A stretch of DNA of 16,564 nucleotides from Azolla caroliniana (Eukaryota > Plantae > Polypodiophyta), in NCBI GenBank assembly GCA_043228905.1, contig JBHGNT010000737.1, forward strand, positions 1 through 16,564, in the 5' to 3' direction. Made by a program: the position numbers and the translations under genes. Shown here one piece after another: positions 9,916 through 16,564 of this stretch. Below the pieces are notes generated by a model. The model ran no database searches, was not told the DNA's origin, and saw only the letters and a program-made list of their open reading frames with translations. Within the stretch, counting starts at the first letter, position 1; each line of letters starts with the position of its first letter.

Positions 9916-12900
9916 ATGAAAAGAGAAAAAAAGGTAGGAAGTCCATATTCTCCATCCAAAGTTCCGAGGTTAGTAGAAATCGGTGGATTGGACTACTTCT
10001 TCAGATTATGGAAGGACCAACATCTCAAGAAATTTCTGATGGGTCCGCTCTCCAGTCATGAACCTTTTATCAGATCATTTGACTCATGAATTCTGAATCT
10101 GCTCCCTCTACGCAATCCGCGTCGTTCGGTGAGGAGGGATAGTACCGTCATCCTGGAAATCCTAGTTTTACTAGCAATGCCGATTTTTATGCATTGCCTG
10201 AATAAGGGAAGTTCGATCGGAGAAGGTTCGGTATTAGCAAAAACAATGAATAGGAGTGTCGAAGTAAGAAAAGAACAGGTGGAAAATTCCAGTGACTTCC
10301 CTTACTGCGTCCCTCAATTCAAAAGATCGTTATCTGTTGAAAGGGATGAGAAAGGAAGAACACCTGATTCTTACTATTTCTTAGCTTCGAACGAAGATAC
10401 TTCCACAGGTTCGACGAGGGAGCAAAAGCATCCTCTGGTTTCGGGCAGATGGAGGGTCTGCTTAGTGAGGGATTCACTCCCTAGCGAAGATATATCCAGA
10501 GACGAGACTGAGAGGATTCAGCCATTATGGATCGATAGATTTCTAGAAGATTCCAATAGGTTTTTCAAATTCTATAAATATGCGGGACTTACCAAAAATA
10601 GAATTGACTTTTACAAGAATGGTTCTGATTCATCATTTTCCTGGAAAGTATCTAACAAGCAAGATCCGGATCGACTACGAACAACAGGATTGAAAAACGA
10701 TTTCAAAATCCCCGCAGACTCCTGCGATAAGATCTTATTCGAATCCGAGGGGGGTGGGTCGGTGTTCCATCCCGAGCGGGAAGCCTTTTACGAATTGTCT
10801 TCATTCCCGTTCTGTATAAATAAAAAGCCGTCTCGTTATGGTACATCCGGGTTAGATTGTCACGGAGGCGGGGGAGACCCTCCCATCCTACAAATTTATT
10901 CACAAATGAGGAATGCTTTAATATATCGACTCAATCGATTTCTTTTGATCGATGAGGAATCGAATCCGATTTCTATTGGGACAAGAATTCTTGGTATTAA
11001 GAATAGCGAGAAATCTGGTAAAAGATTTCCATTGAAAATGAGAGAGAACTACACACTTATTTTATATGACTATTTCTGTGGATTAGCTAGCAAATATCTC
11101 TTCCGGATGAAATATCGGTTGGGTGGCTGGGCGGGGAGCGGGGAATCCACTGGTGTAACAAGAATTGCAATTGAAGAAAGATTATTGGAATGGAAAGATA
11201 ACATAGAGCGTGGATATTTTGCATTTCAAATCGATGAGTATAGGGATGTCGAGTCAAATGCGCATGGATGGCTCGATACAATCGGAGATTCGTCTTTCTC
11301 CTCTTTCGGGAGAGTATCTTTAAAACTAAAGTATGACTTAGATAAATCGATTTGCGGTGTATCAAAAACGAGAAGCGAACTACTAGGTAGTGTTGGTACT
11401 AGTATCAACAAAATCACTCGGAATAACGAGAAGTATCCTCATCGATTTCTCAATGTTTTACTTCTTTACAAAACGATTGTTACCGAAGTTACTCGCCAAA
11501 AATTTGTGATAGATACGATCGATTATTACACCGAGAAGTTGAATCCTATAGGTCTTTCGAAGCTTAATCGCTTATCGAAATTACTTGGTATTAAAACTAA
11601 GGCAGCACAGATATCCTTCCTCAAAAGAAGGATTCTCGAGGGAAAAAATGGTTTAATCGTTGAGTCTAGATCGTTGATTGTTGATAAAAAATCCATAGGC
11701 TCGTCAATCTCGTTAGAACCCGCAGGGAATCCGCCTCTCGTTGGGTTACCCCACATCGAATCTACCCGAACAAGATTATCGAATGATGTTCTTTCCACTA
11801 CGGGTAGGCAGATTTGGAATCTGCTTCTAGATAGTTCGAGTCGTGGGGGGGGTTCAAACAAAGACATTAATGAAAGTATTTCGAGATATATCTCCGATGA
11901 AGCGAATACACCAAAGCTTCTAGAACACTCTAACTCACCTGTATGGGACTGTGCTAGAAGCAATTTCATTCCAAGAATCAAAAGGGATTTCTTTATTGGG
12001 AGATGCAGCAGTAGCTATCCCAACGTCTTAGAGAATCCGTATGTGGACTCCAAAAATGAAGTCGTCTCATACAATACCATCTCATCTATTCAGTCCCAAC
12101 TGTCAAATTCGTTATCACCCAGTCTATTGAAACGAACAGAAGGGGAGGAAACTGTTGGTCATGTACCTACAACGGTTCAACTTATTCCATCTAATCCGCA
12201 AAAACCTGCGACATCATCATCAACTCGTTCAGATAGGATTTTTCCTTTTTTGGATCTGAAGAGATTACTGTCGGGGTTGAGTTCGTCCCCTCATGAAACG
12301 AGAGATTCGTTTCTATCTTCATGCAGTAGCCATGGAATTCGTTTGGGAAAAACGTTGAGAAACTATAATCCATCGGCGGATCGGCGACCCCGACCTCGCC
12401 CTAAGAGTCTGGGATTGGATCAAGTCGATTTAGAAAAGCCCATCGAAGATGGATCAGACTCGGGGAATTTTTTAACCCAGAATCGATTCTATCAAAATGA
12501 TTCATCCATTGGGTCTTTCTGGGAACCAGAAGAATTGAAAATGCTTTACTGGTCGCTAAGATTCTCACTACGCAACGATGTAACATCAAGATCTCTAATA
12601 GGATTGACTGGGAAGAAGGTTTCGCACGAAGATACGAAAATCGTAGATCCGTATGTTCGGAAAGAACCTATACGCCCATTCCATCTTATCAATTTCAATG
12701 AATTCTCGAAAGGTTTGAACGAATATAAGATATCTTTGATCTTTTGGAAAGACAATATCTTTGAAAAATGGAGCCTATTCAGAGAGTATATACCTTGGTT
12801 TTTTACCCCTAACTGGTGGAGATATTTCTACGATCTGATTGGAGAAACATATCCAGAAGTAGTACATAAAATAAGTGATGACCCGAATTACCCTTTACCT

Positions 12901-15900
12901 AGAATTTCTAAAAGAATTTCTGAGGGTGTATATAGAGCCAAAACTTATTCATCACAAAGCCTAAGATTGAGATTCAAGAATGATTCTACCAATAAAAGAT
13001 TATCCAAAATAGATCTTATCCTTTTCAAGGAATTTCCTAATGAAACGAAGATGTCACATTCAAGGTGGTTAGTTTCTCAATTTTCCAATAAGCTTATCTT
13101 ATCTTACTTCGTTCTTTCAGTATTATACGTTCTTGCATTATCCAAGTATCTTTTATCTGCCGTTTCGGGCTCTAACTCCCTTCATTCATGGAAACGTTTC
13201 AATACTATTGGATATTTAATAGACCCAATGCGTGGATCCTATTCAGAGAAGGGAATTTCTTCCCCTTCAACAAGGCAAATGCAAACGAGAGATGTACTAA
13301 TCCATTATTTGAAGAGATTCTCGAATTACATAAATAATATATTCTTTTTCTCCTTCGTCAAAAACGAACTAGATTTGTGGATACTTTGTAGGGAAAGCTC
13401 CGATATCCTTAATAGTAAGAAAGAACTATTAACGCACTATTTAGTAACGAATAATACTATTTCCAAGTATCAGTCGAAATCGAATTCCAATTCTAATTTC
13501 TCGAGTAGTCGGATCGATTATGAACCTTCTCCACAAGAAAGATCTGATGTTTTGGCATACCTACCTCAATTCTGTCAAAACGATCTATTGAGTTACAAGA
13601 TCCGTAGGTTAGATCCTGCGGAGAAGTGGGCTCTTTTCGCCCTCGAAAGAAATCTTCTATTTTCAGCAACGACGAGACGGAGAGGCGTTCTAGGTATGCC
13701 ATGTCATGACATACCTATCTCACTCCAATCAGGATTATTACCATCTGAGGGAACTCCGTTAGTAGGACCCATAGAAACTGGACGATCTTCCGTCATTAGG
13801 GATATAGCATCCAATTCCTACTTTCCGTTGGTGAGGCTACCAATAAGAAAGTTGCTATACAATCGATCATATCTCAGAAATGTACATGGAAGTTTCATCT
13901 CGAGAGAGAGCGTACGCCGATTGGGTCTCGTTTTTGGAATAGCGAGAGAGGTGTCTCCCTGCACAATATGGATTCAAGATATTCATGAATTGAATATTCA
14001 TCGTTCGTATCACAGACTAGAAGCTAATCCCAGGTTTTTGCTTTGCCTGATACTGAGTAATATTGGTAATGAGCGCAGTAACTCTCGCATTCGTAAGAAT
14101 ATTCTTCTTATTGCTTCGACTCATGTACCAGCAAGGGTGGATCCAGCTCCGATAGCTCCGAACCGGCCAAACCAATTGATAAATTTCCGAAGGTCCAACA
14201 GGTGTCAACGTCAGAAAGGATTGTCAATCCTCCTACGTATCAAAGGCTTCGAAATAGAAGCTAATTCGCCTCTTCTTGAAGGTACTGGGTCTGGAACTAC
14301 GGGTTATAGCAAACGAGATTCATTCCTTTCTGCTAATGAAGCGTTATTAATTGGTACTTCGAGAAGAAAAAAGGTTTTATGTAGTGATGTCATTGGATTA
14401 GCTTCACATAGACAACATTCAATTGTTACTTGTATAGGCAATGAAACAGAATCTAGTTCTGAATATAATATTCATTCTCACAGTATAGTAGAAACTATTC
14501 TCAAAAATAGTTTGATAGATACTTATCCCACAAATATTCTATCTAGTGGTAGTAATGCATCAAAGAGGCGATTTTACTATTTGTCTAACTGGTACGTGGA
14601 ACCCCCAATAACCGAATCAACAATTAAGGAATTCACTCTGTTTTCGCATATCCCAGGGCTACTAGCTGGATTAGCGGCCCGCGATTCGTTCGAAACGGAT
14701 ATGGGAAAGAAAGAAAATTGCATTATTCTTGATAAAGTTGTAGAGAATGGTTTTAACCTAGCTTGTGGCGTTCTAGAAAACCTCTCGAAAGATTTCCCAT
14801 GTTCAGAAATCTGTAGAAGCAGAAATCAATCCAATCAAAGTCTTTCCTTTCCTTTTTCTACTGAACCCAGTTACTGTTCGGATATAACCTATGCAGGTTG
14901 TTCCTCCAAATCTACGAGAATAGGGGTGTTTAATAGCTTAACCCTCCGAATGAAACAGTCACTCGAAATCGACTCAATTCCGATGGAAGTATCGCGTGAA
15001 ATTGCCTGGTCCCCCAAGGCTTGGCGCCTCAGTTTCATGCGAAGTGGTACTTACGAATCGATAAGAGTATTATCCGAATTCAATAATTTGTATAATATAA
15101 TCCTCCTTTACCAAAGTCAGAATAAAATACCCCAACGGGATTTCGAATTGAATAGGATTAAGTATAGTGAAAATAGATCGTATGATAAAAAAGGATATCT
15201 TTTCGGTTATGAGAGAGCTTTAGGTAGGTTGAGACAAAGATATATTAAAAAACTGGAAGACCGATTGGATAATCTCTCGTTACGTGAGCAATTTTTGGAA
15301 TTGGGAATCTCCGACTCGTCCAATCAATATGAAACACAATGGAATCGATCCGATGAACCGACTCGATTCTTGGGGGGGCGCTTTGTCTGGGATCCCACGC
15401 TTCTGTTCCAGCCGGATCCTAATATTCCTTCCCCACATCGTTGTTTGTTGGCGAAGCAAGAACTGGTGCGTAGGCTTTATGTCACTTACGGTATGAGAAG
15501 GGAGCGCGAAAAACATCTCTCAAACAAAAAAATTCTGAATTTTTTTATCTATCGTGGGTATGATCCGAAATCGATGACTGAATCATCTGTCAAGCGGTGC
15601 AATAACTCCCCTCCGGATGAGGAGCGACATTCCGAATACGTCAAAGAAACTTAGTTTATGCATATACATCCGCAATATCCACAGACATTTGTTCCCATTC
15701 ACTTGTATCAAAACATTGTAATAGAAGACTTGCAGGAGCGATTCACTCGTTTCAGGCTTCTGGTTCATAGAAGTAGATGGAAACGGAACCGCTCTCCATT
15801 CAAGGATTTCCTTATCTATAATATGTTGCTTGAAACTTATCAATATCTATTCGATCCGTTCCAATTTTGTGAGACGTCATTGGATAGAACAACGAAACAA

Positions 15901-15924
15901 TCTTTTCATGAAAGTCCAATATGA
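9916..15924 (+). CDS. ycf2: Ycf2, FtsH-related AAA-ATPase of the import motor (about 2002 aa; internal TGA 10087-10089 and TAG 15652-15654 presumably edited)
   Basis: ATG 9916 is in frame with ORFs 10129-15654 and 15658-15924; motifs WSLFREYIPWFFTPNWW, degenerate Walker A GPIETGRS, SPCTIWIQDIHEL and ASTHVPARVDP. The final stop could be 15937-15939 if TGA 15922 is also edited. Confidence 0.92.
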
Positions 15925-16041
15925 TATAAAAAACCTTAGATACTCTTCATTCAGTCTAGGTCTCTAGCAATGCAGGAGTATCCAAAGGTCGAATCAGTAA
16001 GAGGAAGATCTATCTCTTCTTTTTACTGATAGAACAACATT

Positions 16042-16073
16042 ATGATCTAAAATGATTGAAAATTTTAGATCAT
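16042..16073. terminator. stem-loop downstream of ycf2
   Basis: Perfect 12-bp inverted repeat ATGATCTAAAAT-8 nt-ATTTTAGATCAT. Confidence 0.5.
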
Positions 16074-16293
16074 TCCCTATATAAGTCTTTCCGTTATACA
16101 AAACGAGTATAAAGAATAAGAAAATTGTCAATTTATTCGTTCTGTAGTGGGTGTGGCAAGCGACCCATCCCACAGGGAAGTTTTGGGTATCCTACTCAGA
16201 CCCGGGGAATTCTTGATGTAGATATTGATCAATTTTCATAACATTATGGGGTGTACCTCCCCCTTATTTATTCTCGCGTGAATCGAGTTCTCT

Positions 16294-16352
16294 TGCCGGA
16301 GAAGACGTCAAAACCTCCACCGTCTGAAACTCTTTCATTCCACCGAAGAGGT
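16294..16352 (-). pseudogene. trnL-CAA: degenerate tRNA-Leu(CAA) relic lacking the anticodon arm
   Basis: Minus strand CCTCTTCGGTGGAATGAAAGA...GTGGAGGTTTTGACGTCTTCTCCGGCA resembles remembered trnL-CAA ends (GCCTTGGTGGTGAAATGGTAGA...GTGGAGGTTCGAGTCCTCTTCAAGGCA); ancestral position and orientation relative to ycf2. Confidence 0.55.
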
Positions 16353-16358
16353 ATGAAT

Positions 16359-16430
16359 CTCCCCGGATAGGACTCGAACCTACGACCAATCGGTTAACAG
16401 CCGACCGCTCTACCACTGAGCTACCGAGGA
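16359..16430 (-). tRNA. trnN-GUU: tRNA-Asn(GUU)
   Basis: TCCTCGGTAGCTCAGTGGTAGAGCGGTCGGCTGTTAACCGATTGGTCGTAGGTTCGAGTCCTATCCGGGGAG, a 72-nt cloverleaf. Confidence 0.97.
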
Positions 16431-16564
16431 AAAAGTAGGGATTTTTGCCTCACAGACAACCAAAGACCCTTTTTTTCTATGGAATTCGCGTACACCCCAA
16501 CTCCTATTATAGGAGGAAGCGACGGCTATAGCAATCCCATTGGATAGTGGATGGACTCCCGTTG

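Noticed and set aside
10703-15843. Short antisense and alternative-frame ORFs within ycf2
   Set aside because: Shadow ORFs with no recognisable motifs.
15658-15924. 88-aa ORF as a separate gene
   Set aside because: In frame with ycf2 and resembles its C-terminus; separated only by an editable TAG.

Overview
This window is the inverted-repeat (IR) region of a fern chloroplast genome. The minus strand carries the 5' end of rrn23, intron-containing trnA-UGC and trnI-GAU, and rrn16 with its promoter. The plus strand carries the 3' exons of trans-spliced rps12, then rps7, psbA, trnH-GUG and ycf2; trnN-GUU follows on the minus strand. The order rrn16-rps12-rps7-psbA-trnH-ycf2-trnN and in-frame stops in rps7 and ycf2 that U-to-C editing would repair point to a core leptosporangiate fern. 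Three observations stand out. (1) Two decayed copies of the same unidentified protein-coding sequence lie in the rrn16-rps12 and rps7-psbA spacers, possibly MORFFO-type mobile ORF relics. (2) 16S rRNA helix 44 appears about 27 nt shorter than usual yet can refold into a closed hairpin. (3) A degenerate trnL-CAA relic sits next to trnN. All comparisons to reference genes are from memory of plastid consensus sequences, not from searches.
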